Below are positions 28,867-39,943 of a stretch of 64,000 nucleotides of DNA, piece after piece. Origin of the DNA: Candidatus Daviesbacteria bacterium. GTDB taxonomy: Bacteria > Patescibacteriota > Microgenomatia > Daviesbacterales > UBA10151. The notes under the pieces were generated by a model, which saw only the letters and a list, made by a program, of their open reading frames with translations, searched no databases and had not been told where the DNA came from. How positions within the stretch are numbered: position 1 is the first letter of the stretch; the number at the start of each line of letters is the position of its first letter. The translations under genes were made by a program, and so were the position numbers. The stretch lies in the NCBI GenBank assembly GCA_016187035.1, contig JACPKL010000010.1:26014-90013 (forward strand), in the 5' to 3' direction.

Positions 28867-30258
28867 CTATTTGTCAAAAACTGCGTGTTTTTCAATAATT
28901 TCTACTATCTCTTTTTTCTTATCATTTACATCCAGATGTTGGTGTGTTTCTATGTTTAATCTAAGTAGCGGTTCAGTATTAGAGGATCTTAAAGAAAACC
29001 TCCACTCAGGATAAGTGATAGCAATTCCGTCTAAATCTGAAAACTCCCCATCAGAGTAGTTTTCTTTTAGTCTTTCCATTATCTCCTCCGCATTTTGGAC
29101 TTTAAAGTTTATCTCACCTGATTCATGAGAAGACCTAACTTCTTCTGCCAGTTGTGACAAAGTTTTATTCTCCCTGCTCATCACTGAAAGAATAAGTAAA
29201 ATCACAGGAAGAGGAGATTCTGCTCCTCCTGTTGCTCCCCAATAAAAATGACCTGATGCTTCACCAGCAAACAAACCCTCATTTTTGTGCATAGCCTCAG
29301 TCACAAATGCATGACCGGTTTTAGTAATCACCAGTTCCCCACCAAATTGTTCAACAGCTTTTTTGGGAGTAAAAACATATTTTAAGTCAACCAAAACTTT
29401 TCCTTTTTCTACTTTTAGCAGTTCCCTAGCTACTAAACTGGTAATAGAGGAAGGTAAAACTATTCCACCTTTTTCATCTATAAAATATAACCTGTCCCCA
29501 TCTCCATCAGGTGCCAGTCCTAAATCTGCTTTTTCTTCAACCACCCTTTTTTGTAAATCCTTTAAAGTATCAAACTGGATAGGATCCGGCTGGTGAACCG
29601 GAAAAGTCCCGTCTAATTCAAAATTCATTTTAATAAGTTCACCTGGAATGTGTTTAAAAAGTTCTTCGATATATAATGCCCCCATGGCATTTGCAGGATC
29701 TGCCACCACCCTAAACTTATTTATCTTAGGATGATGAGCAATTTCTAAAGCATTTTTGACTTCATCTTCTAATACTCCTTCATGTTTTGTTATATTTCCC
29801 TTTTCAGTCTTTTCAAATTCTACTCCTTCTAAAGCCATTTTTTTAATATCATCCATCCCGGTACTTTTACCAATCTTTAAAATGCCTTTGTCGGTTTTTA
29901 AAACAATTTTTAGCCCGTTATATTCTTTGGGATTATGGGAAGCAGAAATTTGAATACCGCAATCATAGCTGTAATTATTTACACAAAAATAGAAAGTAGG
30001 AGTGGAAACCAAACCAGGATCAATTACCTCCGCCCCAACTTCTACTAAAGCTTGTGTCACTTTTTCAAAAAGAATAGGGGAAGATATTCTCATATCCCTG
30101 CCAAGAACCAGTTTTAATGATTTGGCATTTTTATGATTGAGAAAGAATTTATAAATTGCCCTGACAATTGGCACTATATTTTCTTCATTTATTTCAGAAG
30201 GATAAATACCTCTGATATCATAACTTTTAAAGATTTTTTCAGGAGGCATACTTTGCAT
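28867..30258 (-). CDS. phosphomannomutase/phosphoglucomutase
   Basis: YDIRG, SASHNP, DGDGDR, GEASGH, RSSNTEP. Confidence 0.94.
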   Translation of the reverse strand: MQSMPPEKIFKSYDIRGIYPSEINEENIVPIVRAIYKFFLNHKNAKSLKLVLGRDMRISSPILFEKVTQALVEVGAEVIDPGLVSTPTFYFCVNNYSYDCGIQISASHNPKEYNGLKIVLKTDKGILKIGKSTGMDDIKKMALEGVEFEKTEKGNITKHEGVLEDEVKNALEIAHHPKINKFRVVADPANAMGALYIEELFKHIPGELIKMNFELDGTFPVHQPDPIQFDTLKDLQKRVVEEKADLGLAPDGDGDRLYFIDEKGGIVLPSSITSLVARELLKVEKGKVLVDLKYVFTPKKAVEQFGGELVITKTGHAFVTEAMHKNEGLFAGEASGHFYWGATGGAESPLPVILLILSVMSRENKTLSQLAEEVRSSHESGEINFKVQNAEEIMERLKENYSDGEFSDLDGIAITYPEWRFSLRSSNTEPLLRLNIETHQHLDVNDKKKEIVEIIEKHAVFDK

Positions 30259-30306
30259 CTTAAGATTAGTATTGTATCAAACTCATGCAACAATTACACT
30301 GGTATA

Positions 30307-30696
30307 TTAACGTTTTGGAGACTGCTTTTTGGCTCTGGCTTTTTGAGCATTACCGTATTTTCTTCTTTCTTTTACCCTGGCATCCCTGGTCAGGAACCCT
30401 TCTCTTTTTAAAGTAACTTTAAGCTCAGGTTCCGCCTTTGCAATAGCCCTGGCTAAACCATGTATTACTGATCCTAATTGAGACACTTTCCCCCCACCCT
30501 CTACTTTCACAGAAACTGCATACTTATTAACTGTTTTTGTTAGTTCTAAGGGTTTGCTAATTTGTTTTTGAAATATTGTACCAAGAAAATATTCTGTAAC
30601 TGGTTTACCATTAATAGTAATTTGCCCATTTCCAGGCAGTAGTCTCACTCTAGCAATTGCTTCTTTTCTTCTTCCAACCGTAGAAACATTACTCAT
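30307..30696 (-). CDS. rpsI: 30S ribosomal protein S9
   Basis: [24 protein letters not shown]. Confidence 0.97.
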   Translation of the reverse strand: MSNVSTVGRRKEAIARVRLLPGNGQITINGKPVTEYFLGTIFQKQISKPLELTKTVNKYAVSVKVEGGGKVSQLGSVIHGLARAIAKAEPELKVTLKREGFLTRDARVKERRKYGNAQKARAKKQSPKR

Positions 30697-31090
30697 TTAA
30701 CTTCTCCTCTGCTGGAAAAACTTTCAATTTCTTAATCATCTTCCTACCTAACTTATTTTGCGGTAACATTCCTTTAACAGCATGTTCCAAGATATATTCT
30801 GGTCTTCTTGATAATATTTTATCAAAAGTTTCCACCCTAAGTCCTCCGGGATAACCTGAATGTCTTGTGTATGTTTTTTCTGCAGTTTTTCTACCAGTTA
30901 ACTTGACTTTACTAGCATTTGTCACCACCACAAAATCTCCAGTATCTAAGTAAGATACAAAGTTTAGTTTGTTTTTTCCCATTAAAATAGTTGCTATTTC
31001 AGTTGCTAATCTTCCTAAAATTTTGCCACTAGCATCAATACGGTGATATTCTCTTTTAATTTCTTTTGCTGAAACTACGTTGGTACTCAT
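30689..31090 (-). CDS. rplM: 50S ribosomal protein L13
   Basis: [21 protein letters not shown]. Confidence 0.97.
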   Translation of the reverse strand: MSTNVVSAKEIKREYHRIDASGKILGRLATEIATILMGKNKLNFVSYLDTGDFVVVTNASKVKLTGRKTAEKTYTRHSGYPGGLRVETFDKILSRRPEYILEHAVKGMLPQNKLGRKMIKKLKVFPAEEKLNE

Positions 31091-31092
31091 AA

Positions 31093-31470
31093 TTATTTAG
31101 TTTTCAATGGTTTTAATTGTTCTACCCCTATTAAACTCATCCTCACTAAAGTTGTTCTGTCTCCCTCTCTTACACCAATTCTTACCGTAGTTGTATACCC
31201 AGAAACTCTAGAATTTAGCTTGGGAATAATTTCTTTGACTAGTCTTTCTTGCAAAAGTCCGTTAGTAAAATAGGATTGTAGAAGTCTTTGGGAGTTTTTG
31301 TCTTTTGCTAGATTTATAACTTTATCTACCAAACCTTTTATTGCTTTTGCCTTACTCTCTGAAGTAATTATCGTCCCATGTAAAATTAACAGCTGCACTA
31401 AACTTTTAAAAAGTGCCTCTCGTTCATTTTTATTTCGTCCCAGCTTTTTACCATAAACTCTATGCCTCAC
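31093..31470 (-). CDS. rplQ: 50S ribosomal protein L17
   Basis: MRHR...KLGR, SGYT; follows rpoA. Confidence 0.95.
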   Translation of the reverse strand: MRHRVYGKKLGRNKNEREALFKSLVQLLILHGTIITSESKAKAIKGLVDKVINLAKDKNSQRLLQSYFTNGLLQERLVKEIIPKLNSRVSGYTTTVRIGVREGDRTTLVRMSLIGVEQLKPLKTK

Positions 31471-32365
31471 TAAGAGTTAACCTCCTCTCTAAAAGCTTTT
31501 CAGATATTAGACTTAGTGATTTAGTACCTAAGTTCTTTGTTTTAAGAAGTTGATTTTTTGGAATATTTATTAAATCTGCAATGGTATTTATCTCAATAGC
31601 TTTTAAAGCATTAGTGATCCTGACTGGCAAATCTAATTCTTCTATTGTAAGTTTTAATACTTCATCTGAGACTTTTAAATCTGTTTCTATTACTTCTTCT
31701 TCTAAAACAGGTTCATAGATTTTATGAAAAGCATCTGATAAAATCCTTGCTGCTTCATTTAAAGCGTCGAGAGGAGTTATAGCACCATTAGTAGCTATGT
31801 CCAAAATCAGCTTATCAAAATTTGTACTCCTGCCAACACGTGTTGGTTCAACAGAATAATTAACAGATATAATTGGAGGAAACAAAGCATCTACAGCAAT
31901 TACTCCTACTTCATTTATTTTTCTTTCTTCAGCGATCGAGTACCCCTGTCCCGACTCTGCAGTCATCTCCATATTTAATCTCGATTTATTGTCAGTTAGA
32001 CTAGCAACTATCTGATCCTTGTTAATTACCTCACCATCCCCTTCTATCTCAAAATCTCCTGCTCTAACAACTTTTTTTCCTGAAGCTTTAATAGATAATT
32101 TGATTGGCTTTTCTGAATTAACACGAAGATGGATTTTTTTGATATTCAAAATTATCTCGATTACATCTTCTAATACACCATCTATCGTTGAAAACTGATG
32201 AGGTACGCCCTCAATTTTGACAGAAGTTACAGCTGCACCCTTAAGTGATGTTAGTAATATCCTTCTTAGACTATTTCCCAAAGTATGACCAAATCCAGCC
32301 TCAAGAGGCTCTATGGTAATTGTGGCAAGATTATCTATTTCTTTTTCAACTTTTACTTTGAACAT
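31460..32365 (-). CDS. rpoA: RNA polymerase alpha subunit
   Basis: EPLEAGFGHTLGNSLRRILL; alpha-CTD. Confidence 0.97.
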   Translation of the reverse strand: MFKVKVEKEIDNLATITIEPLEAGFGHTLGNSLRRILLTSLKGAAVTSVKIEGVPHQFSTIDGVLEDVIEIILNIKKIHLRVNSEKPIKLSIKASGKKVVRAGDFEIEGDGEVINKDQIVASLTDNKSRLNMEMTAESGQGYSIAEERKINEVGVIAVDALFPPIISVNYSVEPTRVGRSTNFDKLILDIATNGAITPLDALNEAARILSDAFHKIYEPVLEEEVIETDLKVSDEVLKLTIEELDLPVRITNALKAIEINTIADLINIPKNQLLKTKNLGTKSLSLISEKLLERRLTLSEA

Positions 32366-32379
32366 ATTCTTCTAATCAA

Positions 32380-32982
32380 TTATCGAGAATAATACCCAAC
32401 AATAAGCTGTTCGTCTATTGATTGCTCCATTTCTTCCCTATTTGGAATTCTTAAAACCTTGCCTACTGTAGCTTTTCTATCAAGCCACTCTGGCAAGGTC
32501 GTCAAATCCTCTAAGCTCATTTTAACCTGTGTATTATCTCTTAATTTGTCAGATATTGCAATAGTTTCTCCAATCTTCACCTTATATGAAGGTATAGTCA
32601 TTTTTTTATCCATTACTTTAATATGACCATGAGAAACTAATTGTCTTGCTTCGGCACGACTTTTAACAAAACCTAACCTATACACTACATTATCTAATCT
32701 GGTTTCTAGCAGTTCAAGAAGACTTAAACCTGTAGCTCCTTTAACTTTGCTGGCTGAAGTTAGATAATTTTTAAATTGCTTCTCAAGTACACCATATAAC
32801 CTTTTAGCTTTTTGTTTTTCTCGAAGCTGCAATCCATATTCAGAAAGCCTTCTCCTCATCTTACCCCCATGTTGACCAGGAGGAAGAGCGCCTTTCTGCT
32901 CGATAGCTCTAATATCTTTTGATGTTAAAGCTATCCCCTCACGTCTGGATAACCTTCTTTTAGGACCGGTATACCTAGCCAT
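32380..32982 (-). CDS. rpsD: 30S ribosomal protein S4
   Basis: MARYTGP, LETRLDNVVYRLG. Confidence 0.97.
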   Translation of the reverse strand: MARYTGPKRRLSRREGIALTSKDIRAIEQKGALPPGQHGGKMRRRLSEYGLQLREKQKAKRLYGVLEKQFKNYLTSASKVKGATGLSLLELLETRLDNVVYRLGFVKSRAEARQLVSHGHIKVMDKKMTIPSYKVKIGETIAISDKLRDNTQVKMSLEDLTTLPEWLDRKATVGKVLRIPNREEMEQSIDEQLIVGYYSR

Positions 32983-33375
32983 TTATACTCTTCTCCTTTT
33001 CTTAGGCCTTGGACCGTTATGTGGGATAGGAGTTACATCAGCAATCATAGTAATATTTATACCAGCACTCCTTAAAGCCTTAATAGTGGCATCTCTGCCT
33101 GATCCTGGACCTTTGATGTAAACTTCACATGCAGTTATACCTAAAGCTTTAGCCTTTTGAGCTACTGTTTCCATAGCAGAAATAGCTGCATAGGGGGTGG
33201 CTTTTCTTGCACCTTTAAATCCAGAATTACCTGATGAACCCCAAGCTACAGTATTACCCTTAGTATCAGTTAAAGTAACTAAGGTATTATTAAATGTAGC
33301 AGTCACATAGACTCTACCGTTTGTAAACCTTTTTTCTACCTTTTTTGATTTAGATGTTATCTGTTTCTTTGCCAT
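32983..33375 (-). CDS. rpsK: 30S ribosomal protein S11
   Basis: TFNNT, DVTPIPHNG. Confidence 0.97.
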   Translation of the reverse strand: MAKKQITSKSKKVEKRFTNGRVYVTATFNNTLVTLTDTKGNTVAWGSSGNSGFKGARKATPYAAISAMETVAQKAKALGITACEVYIKGPGSGRDATIKALRSAGINITMIADVTPIPHNGPRPKKRRRV

Positions 33376-33403
33376 AGTCATCTCCCTTATGAGTCCGCTT
33401 ACC

Positions 33404-33838
33404 TCACTTAGTCTCCTTTCTTACAGGAGGGGGAGCAGAAGCTGTTGTTGATCCCCCTGTTTTTGCTACAACTTCTTTCCTAACAGTACCAACAGTCTTT
33501 CTTTTTCCTCGTTTAGTTCTAGCATTAGATCTAGTTCTTTGACCTCTAACCGGTAAACCTCTTTTGTGTCTAGTACCTTTATAGCTTCCAATTTCTACTA
33601 ATCTTCTAATATTTTGCTCAATCTCTTGCCTCAAATCTCCTTCAACCTTAAATTGTTCTACTCTCTTTTGCAATTTATTGATCTCGTCTTCTGTTAAATC
33701 TTTAATTCTGGTAGCTGCATCTACACCAGCATCTTTTATTATCTGGGCCACATTAGAACGACCTATACCAAAGATATAAGTTAATCCAATATCTACCCTC
33801 TTATTCTCTGGAAGATCTACACCAGCAATACGTGCCAT
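33404..33838 (-). CDS. rpsM: 30S ribosomal protein S13
   Basis: [24 protein letters not shown]. Confidence 0.97.
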   Translation of the reverse strand: MARIAGVDLPENKRVDIGLTYIFGIGRSNVAQIIKDAGVDAATRIKDLTEDEINKLQKRVEQFKVEGDLRQEIEQNIRRLVEIGSYKGTRHKRGLPVRGQRTRSNARTKRGKRKTVGTVRKEVVAKTGGSTTASAPPPVRKETK

Positions 33839-33889
33839 GTTAGATATTCCCCCCAAATTTAAAATTTAAAATTGATATAGAATTCATAC

Positions 33890-34006
33890 TTATCCCTGAC
33901 GTTGTTTATGTCTTGGGTCACGTGGGCATATTATATACAAGATGCCTTCACGCTTAACCACTTTGCAAAACTTACATCTCACTTTAATTGACGCTGCAAC
34001 TTTCAT
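33890..34006 (-). CDS. rpmJ: 50S ribosomal protein L36 (zinc-binding type)
   Basis: [38 protein letters not shown]; not in ORF track. Confidence 0.95.
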   Translation of the reverse strand: MKVAASIKVRCKFCKVVKREGILYIICPRDPRHKQRQG

Positions 34007-34245
34007 TTTAGTCTAAATATTATCCTTCCTTTATCCAAATCATATTTTGGACTCATCTCCACCCTCACTGCATCTCCTTCCAATAGTCTAATATAATGCA
34101 TTCTCATTTTCCCAGAGATATGACACAAAATGATCCTACCCTGAAGCTCTGGCAGCTCATCACTCCGTTCAACTTCTATTCTAAATAAGGTATTGGGCAA
34201 AACTTCTACAACTTTACCCACTACCTCTATCACATCTTTAGCCAC
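34003..34245 (-). CDS. infA: translation initiation factor IF-1
   Basis: [26 protein letters not shown]. Confidence 0.96.
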   Translation of the reverse strand: MAKDVIEVVGKVVEVLPNTLFRIEVERSDELPELQGRIILCHISGKMRMHYIRLLEGDAVRVEMSPKYDLDKGRIIFRLK

Positions 34246-34277
34246 GTTTTTTTAGTCCTTTCTAAAAAAAGGCAAGT

Positions 34278-34322
34278 CTTCGACTCTGAGGTCTGACGAC
34301 TTTCGTCGCTCAGACTCGAAGA
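34278..34322. repeat. compound palindromic element upstream of infA
   Basis: cttcga-c-tctgag...gacga-ctt-tcgtc...ctcaga-c-tcgaag nested stems. Confidence 0.65.
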
Positions 34323-34371
34323 GGTTCTGCAGTATTTTAACAGAACTAGCTTCAGTTTACAACCCATAATA

Positions 34372-35118
34372 TTATATTTTAGTCAAAACTTCTGCCTTCT
34401 CTTTTCCTACTATTACAGTCATCTCGAATAATCCACCCCAAGATCCATCAGAGGCAGAAAAAGTCCAATTATCAGAACCTAAAACTACTTCAGATGTATT
34501 TTTAGTATAAATTACTTCTATTGCTAAAGTCATGCCTTGTTTTAAAATTACTCCTGTACCTTTATCACCAAAACCTGGAACTTCTGGATCTTCATGCAAA
34601 CTTCTGCCTATTCCATGCCCAACTAAACTTCTAACTATATGGTACCCTGCCTTTTCCACTCTAGATTGAATCGCATAGGAAATATCACCAATTCTATTTC
34701 CTAATTTAGCTTGATAAATTCCATCCCATAAAGCTTCTTCCCCCACTTTCAAAAACCGTTGTTTTTCCCGATGCTCTGATGTACCAACCAACACACTCCA
34801 GGCACAATCAGTATGCCAACCTTTATACATAACAGCTAAATCAACACTGACCAAATCCCCTTCTTTAAACTTTCGTTCAGTCGGCAAACCATGAACCACT
34901 TGATCGTTAACTGTTATACATGTTGCATACTTATAATCTGGGACTGTTTTATAAGACAAATCCCCTCCTAATTTATAAATTTCCTCTTCAGCAGCTTTAT
35001 CAACTTCAATTTCAGATACTCCTATATTTATAGTCTCTAATGATTTCCTTAATGCTGAACCAGCAATACTACCGGACTTTTTCATCAAATTTAATTCATA
35101 CGAATTTCTTGATTTCAT
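34372..35118 (-). CDS. map: methionine aminopeptidase type I
   Basis: VNDQVVHGLP, GHGIGRSLHEDP. Confidence 0.95.
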   Translation of the reverse strand: MKSRNSYELNLMKKSGSIAGSALRKSLETINIGVSEIEVDKAAEEEIYKLGGDLSYKTVPDYKYATCITVNDQVVHGLPTERKFKEGDLVSVDLAVMYKGWHTDCAWSVLVGTSEHREKQRFLKVGEEALWDGIYQAKLGNRIGDISYAIQSRVEKAGYHIVRSLVGHGIGRSLHEDPEVPGFGDKGTGVILKQGMTLAIEVIYTKNTSEVVLGSDNWTFSASDGSWGGLFEMTVIVGKEKAEVLTKI

Positions 35119-35620
35119 TTTGGACTGTTTGGATATCTCCCATACCCTCCACTTCCACTAATATACCCTGCTTTCTATAATAATCCAGTAACGGCCGGGT
35201 TTGTCGATAATACAAATCTAGTCTAGTTTTAATCGACTTTGGTGCATCATCACTACGACCTCTACCCATCAATCTCCTCATTACTTCTTTTTCTGGAACA
35301 TCTAAGTAAATAACACGATCAAATTTTGGATCAAAAAGCCTTAATTGCTCCATGTTTCTAGGATAACCATCCATTACAAATCCACTTTTACAGTCAGGTT
35401 GACTTAATCTATCCTTAACAATCTTATATGTTGTTTTGTCATCTACCAGATGACCTTCTTCTAAAATTGTTTTAACTATTTGTCCAAAACCGACTTTCTC
35501 TTGTGATAATTTACGAAATATTTCTCCGGTTGAAATATAAGGGACTTGCAAATATTGTGCTAGAAACCTACCCTGTGTAGATTTTCCTGAACCTTGTGGT
35601 CCAATAAGTAATACTTTCAT
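35096..35620 (-). CDS. adk: adenylate kinase (short-LID type)
   Basis: [22 protein letters not shown]. Confidence 0.93.
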   Translation of the reverse strand: MKVLLIGPQGSGKSTQGRFLAQYLQVPYISTGEIFRKLSQEKVGFGQIVKTILEEGHLVDDKTTYKIVKDRLSQPDCKSGFVMDGYPRNMEQLRLFDPKFDRVIYLDVPEKEVMRRLMGRGRSDDAPKSIKTRLDLYYRQTRPLLDYYRKQGILVEVEGMGDIQTVQNEIKKFV

Positions 35621-36909
35621 CTTCTAGCAAATACCTCATAACTTCTTTCTATTAGCTTACTTTCAAACTGCTTAGCAGTATCTAAAATTACAGAAACCAC
35701 GATTAGAAGTCCTGTTCCTCCTAAAATTAAAGTTTTAATACCGGTAACTTGCGATGCAATTGAAGGTAATATAGCAATCGCTCCTAAAAAAATTGCTCCG
35801 GCTAATGTTACCCTAACCATAATATAATTAAGGTAAGCGGCTGTTTGACTGCCAGGTCTAATGCCTGGAATAAATCCTCCATATTTTTTAATCTCATCAG
35901 ATACTTTGGTTGGATTAAAAATCACTGCGGTATAAAAGAAAGTGAAACCAACAACTAGTACAAAATAAACTAAATTATATATAAGACTACCGGGGTTAAA
36001 GTTTGCAGCTAAAGTTCGTCCTAAGAAAGACAATTGTGGTTGATTAAGATTAGCTAAATACGAACCTGCAAAAGAAGGAACCAGTACTAAAGAAACCGCA
36101 AATATAATTGGAATTACTCCAGCTTGATTAACACGAAGAGGTAAATAAGTTTGTGCTCCGCTGCTACTTTCCTTTCCAGCGATAAATCTTCTAGCATATG
36201 CAATAGTAATTTGCCTTCTGCCTTCATTAATGAACACTATTCCAGCGATAACTAAAACCGCCATGATTAGAAAAAATAGTACATTTAAAATTTGTGTTTG
36301 GTCTAAAGTAGATACTGCTTGTGACAAAACTACAGGTAAACGGCTAACAATTCCTGCAAAGATTAAAAGCGAAATACCGTTCCCAATACCATATTCAGTA
36401 ATTAATTCTCCCAACCATACTAAAAAAACAGTCCCAGCGCTCATTCCAACTATAATAGCTGCCATTTGAATTGGTGTTGTAGATGACAAAATACCCTGAT
36501 TCCGGAGCAGAAGAAACATACCGATTGATTGTAAAAAGGCTAGAGGGACACAAAGGTATCTCGTATATTGATCAATCATCTGTCTACCATACTCCCCCTC
36601 TTTTGATAAAGCCTCCAGTGACGGAATAATCATTGTTAGAAGTTGAATAATAATTGAAGCGTTAATATAAGGATTAAGACCTAAAGCAATTATAGAAAAG
36701 TTGGCAAGAGTTCCACCAGAAAAAATATCCAGTAATCCTAAAAATTGGTTTGAAGTAAATAATTGTTGTAATGCTACTAAATCTACACCAGAAACAGGGA
36801 TATGAGATACAATTCTAAAAATAATAACAATGAGGGCAGTAATTAATATTTTAGTTCTTAATTCCTTAATCTTAAAAGCCTTCAGGATTGGGGCAAAAAC
36901 ATCAAGCAT
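35617..36909 (-). CDS. secY: preprotein translocase SecY
   Basis: [37 protein letters not shown]. Confidence 0.98.
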   Translation of the reverse strand: MLDVFAPILKAFKIKELRTKILITALIVIIFRIVSHIPVSGVDLVALQQLFTSNQFLGLLDIFSGGTLANFSIIALGLNPYINASIIIQLLTMIIPSLEALSKEGEYGRQMIDQYTRYLCVPLAFLQSIGMFLLLRNQGILSSTTPIQMAAIIVGMSAGTVFLVWLGELITEYGIGNGISLLIFAGIVSRLPVVLSQAVSTLDQTQILNVLFFLIMAVLVIAGIVFINEGRRQITIAYARRFIAGKESSSGAQTYLPLRVNQAGVIPIIFAVSLVLVPSFAGSYLANLNQPQLSFLGRTLAANFNPGSLIYNLVYFVLVVGFTFFYTAVIFNPTKVSDEIKKYGGFIPGIRPGSQTAAYLNYIMVRVTLAGAIFLGAIAILPSIASQVTGIKTLILGGTGLLIVVSVILDTAKQFESKLIERSYEVFARR

Positions 36910-37339
36910 ACTCTACCTTTCCACCCTTATGTTCAATTTCCATCTTAGCTTTTTTAGAAACCGGTAATTTAACTACCAAAGACACAGTTAGTCCGCCATC
37001 TGCTAATATTTTTACTCCTTTAGCAAGATCCTCTTTATCAATAATATTGACTTTGAAAAGTTGTTCTAAATCAACTAATGAGTTTTTCTTAAAGATGTTC
37101 AATTTGCTAAGAGTAATTGGTTTAGGTTTTACAGACACTCTACGATTTCCCAAACCAACTCTTTTGGGAAGTTTTTTAAAGGTTGGTAATCCAGCTCCAG
37201 GTAAACCTACTGGGATTTTACCTCTTGCTTTCTGACCTTTAGTTCCACGTCCGGCTGTTTTACCTTTACCGGATCCTACTCCCCTCCCTATTCTTTTGTT
37301 ACTTCTGCGTTTTGATTTTAAAACTTGGTGTAATTTCAT
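36902..37339 (-). CDS. rplO: 50S ribosomal protein L15
   Basis: [24 protein letters not shown]. Confidence 0.96.
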   Translation of the reverse strand: MKLHQVLKSKRRSNKRIGRGVGSGKGKTAGRGTKGQKARGKIPVGLPGAGLPTFKKLPKRVGLGNRRVSVKPKPITLSKLNIFKKNSLVDLEQLFKVNIIDKEDLAKGVKILADGGLTVSLVVKLPVSKKAKMEIEHKGGKVEYA

Positions 37340-37833
37340 GTGTTCACCTTTCTTAATTGGCTCAATGCTTTTAAGGTTGCATAAACATTAGATGCTTTGT
37401 TCTTAGTGCCTAAAGATTTTGAAACAACATCATGTATACCAGCTGCCTCTACTACCACCCTTACAGCTCCTCCTGCAATTACTCCGCTGCCAATTGGCGC
37501 AGGTTTTAACAAAACCTGGGCTGCACCATATTTAACTAGGATTGGATGCGGGATAGTTCTACCTTTTAATGCGACATCAATTAAATGTTTTTTAGCATAA
37601 GTTGTAGCCTTCCTAATTGCTGATTGAACTTCAGTAGCTTTACCTAAACCAACCCCGACTTTCCCTTTTCTATCCCCCACCACCACCAAAACAGAAAGAG
37701 ATCTTTTATCTCCCCCTTGGGTCTTTTTAGAAACACGGTTAACTTGCACAACCCTTTCAAAAAACTCTGAATCAAATCCTAGTGAGTTTTTGTTATTTTG
37801 ATACCTTCTGTTAAATCTTCTATTTTGATCCAT
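37336..37833 (-). CDS. rpsE: 30S ribosomal protein S5
   Basis: VNRVSK..QGG, LKPAP.G.GVIAGG. Confidence 0.96.
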   Translation of the reverse strand: MDQNRRFNRRYQNNKNSLGFDSEFFERVVQVNRVSKKTQGGDKRSLSVLVVVGDRKGKVGVGLGKATEVQSAIRKATTYAKKHLIDVALKGRTIPHPILVKYGAAQVLLKPAPIGSGVIAGGAVRVVVEAAGIHDVVSKSLGTKNKASNVYATLKALSQLRKVNT

Positions 37834-37837
37834 AACT

Positions 37838-38185
37838 TTAAAATTTTAGTCCTCCTTCTCTTGCTCCTCTTGCCAACTCACTTATTCTACCTTGATATAC
37901 AAAACCACCCCTATCAAATACCACTGCTTTGATTTTAGCTTTAATTGCTTTGTCTGCTAATTGCCGACCTATTTTGTAAGCCTTTTCAATTTTAGCACCT
38001 GTCTCTTTCATATCAGATACAGCAACTACAGTTTTTCCTATATTATCATCAATGATTTGTGCATATATATGCTGATTAGATTTAAACACGGCAAGTCTTG
38101 GACGTTTTGCAGTTCCAGTTAAATATTTTCTTATCTTTGTATGTTTCTTTACTCTTAAATCTTTATTCATATAGATCTTTGTCAT
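37838..38185 (-). CDS. rplR: 50S ribosomal protein L18
   Basis: RPRLAVFKSNQHIYAQ, VVFDRGG. Confidence 0.96.
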   Translation of the reverse strand: MTKIYMNKDLRVKKHTKIRKYLTGTAKRPRLAVFKSNQHIYAQIIDDNIGKTVVAVSDMKETGAKIEKAYKIGRQLADKAIKAKIKAVVFDRGGFVYQGRISELARGAREGGLKF

Positions 38186-38246
38186 TCCTGCGAAGGCAGG
38201 AATCCATACAAATTATTTATGGATCCCGTATCAAGTACGGGATGAC
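38181..38246. repeat. dRS3/REP-like paired palindromic element
   Basis: GTCATTCCTGCGAAGGCAGGAATCCA (38181-38206) and TGGATCCCGTATCAAGTACGGGATGAC (38220-38246). Confidence 0.85.
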
Positions 38247-38258
38247 TCGCTTTGCTCA

Positions 38259-38822
38259 TCACTTAGCTCCTACTCCAGCAGCTCCTACTTTTGCGCTTTT
38301 TCCTACTTTCTTCCTGATATATTCTCCTTGATATCTGATACCTTTGCCTTTATAAGCATCCGGCATTTTAACTTTTTTTAGGTTAGCGGCAATTTGCCCG
38401 ACCAGTTGTTTATCAATCCCCGATACTTTTATTTTTGTATTATCTGTTACTTCAAAATTTATCCCCTCAATTGCCTCGATTTCAACAGGGTGAGAATACC
38501 CTACATTTAACACTAATTTTTGGCCATTAATTTGTGCTCTAAATCCTACACCCACTAGCTCTAAGTCTTTACTCCAACCCTGGACCACACCTATAACCAT
38601 ATTTGCTATTAAACTTCTTATTAGACCGTGCAAAGCCTTTACATTTTTTTGATCATCTTTTCTGCTAACTTTAATTTTCTCTCCTTCGATTTTCACCTCA
38701 ATGCCTGAATCTATTTTGAGATCAAGTTTACCTTTTGGACCTAAGACAGTGATCAGACCATTATTTTTTTCAACAGTTACTCCTGAAGGTATTAATATAA
38801 TTGAATTACCAATTCTACTCAT
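38259..38822 (-). CDS. rplF: 50S ribosomal protein L6
   Basis: MSRIG, PDAYKGKGIRY. Confidence 0.97.
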   Translation of the reverse strand: MSRIGNSIILIPSGVTVEKNNGLITVLGPKGKLDLKIDSGIEVKIEGEKIKVSRKDDQKNVKALHGLIRSLIANMVIGVVQGWSKDLELVGVGFRAQINGQKLVLNVGYSHPVEIEAIEGINFEVTDNTKIKVSGIDKQLVGQIAANLKKVKMPDAYKGKGIRYQGEYIRKKVGKSAKVGAAGVGAK

Positions 38823-38834
38823 TTAACTTTAGAA

Positions 38835-39209
38835 TTACCAAACAAAGGCTAATACTTCTCCTCCTATTTTATTTTTTCTTGCTTGCTTATCAGTCATCAG
38901 GCCCCTTGGAGTAGAAATAATTGCAATACCTAAACCGCTTAATACATAAGGTAAATCAGCTACTCTTTTATAAATACGGAGTGATGGCTTAGAAATCCTT
39001 TTGATATCACTAATTGCTGGTTTCCTAGTAATATATTTCAAGGTCACAACAATCTCCCTATCTTTGCATTGGACACCTTCCAAAAATCCCTCATCTTTTA
39101 AGAGCTGCATTAGGTTGAAAATGAGTTTTGAATATCTCACCACCACAGATTGTTTACCTATCTGATAGCCATTTTTTATTCTAATTAATGCATCTGCAAC
39201 TATATCCAT
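38835..39209 (-). CDS. rpsH: 30S ribosomal protein S8
   Basis: RISKPSLRIY, GIAIISTPRG, GGEVLAFVW. Confidence 0.97.
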   Translation of the reverse strand: MDIVADALIRIKNGYQIGKQSVVVRYSKLIFNLMQLLKDEGFLEGVQCKDREIVVTLKYITRKPAISDIKRISKPSLRIYKRVADLPYVLSGLGIAIISTPRGLMTDKQARKNKIGGEVLAFVW

Positions 39210-39213
39210 TAGA

Positions 39214-39393
39214 TTACCAACTCGCTTTCTTTACTCCAGGCAACAATCCAAGATGTGCCAATTCTCGAAAACAAAGTCTACATAAACCGAATTTACGTAT
39301 ATACCCTCTAGGTCTTCCGCATCGCATACATCGGTTTCTCTTTTGAACTTCATATTTAAATTCATTTTTAACAATGTTACTTACTTTAGCCAT
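39214..39393 (-). CDS. rpsN: 30S ribosomal protein S14 (zinc-binding type Z)
   Basis: ...[26 protein letters not shown]...GVKKASW*; not in ORF track. Confidence 0.95.
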   Translation of the reverse strand: MAKVSNIVKNEFKYEVQKRNRCMRCGRPRGYIRKFGLCRLCFRELAHLGLLPGVKKASW

Positions 39394-39398
39394 ATATT

Positions 39399-39938
39399 TT
39401 ATGCTTTAAAAGGCATTCCTAAATATTCCAATAATTTCTTGCCAGTATCTTTATTTCTTGCTGTGGTAGTAATCGTTACTGCCATTCCCCTTGTTTTATC
39501 AATTGTTTTGTAATCTACTTCTGGAAAAATGGTTTGTTCTTTTAAACCAATATTTAAATTGCCATTATTATCAAAGGATTTTTCAGAAATCCCTCTAAAA
39601 TCTCTAACCTTTGGTAAAACTATATTGGTCAACTTGTCTAAGAAAGCATACATTCTATCCCCTCGCAACGTTACCATGACCCCTATTGATTGTCCTTTTG
39701 TAACTTTAAATGTTGCTATAGATTTTTTTGCATAAGTTGTGATTGGTGTTTGTCCAACTAAAGCCTTTATGTATACTTTAACTTTATCAAGCACCGAATG
39801 ATTATCCTTAGCCTCACCTAAGCCAACACTAATAACTATTTTTGATAACTTAGGTACTGCCAACTTATTCTTCAAAGCTAACTCTTGCTGTAATTTATCT
39901 CTGACTTCCTTGATGTATTTTTCTTTTAAACGATTCAT
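39399..39938 (-). CDS. rplE: 50S ribosomal protein L5
   Basis: [16 protein letters not shown]. Confidence 0.97.
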   Translation of the reverse strand: MNRLKEKYIKEVRDKLQQELALKNKLAVPKLSKIVISVGLGEAKDNHSVLDKVKVYIKALVGQTPITTYAKKSIATFKVTKGQSIGVMVTLRGDRMYAFLDKLTNIVLPKVRDFRGISEKSFDNNGNLNIGLKEQTIFPEVDYKTIDKTRGMAVTITTTARNKDTGKKLLEYLGMPFKA

Positions 39939-39943
39939 GGGTT

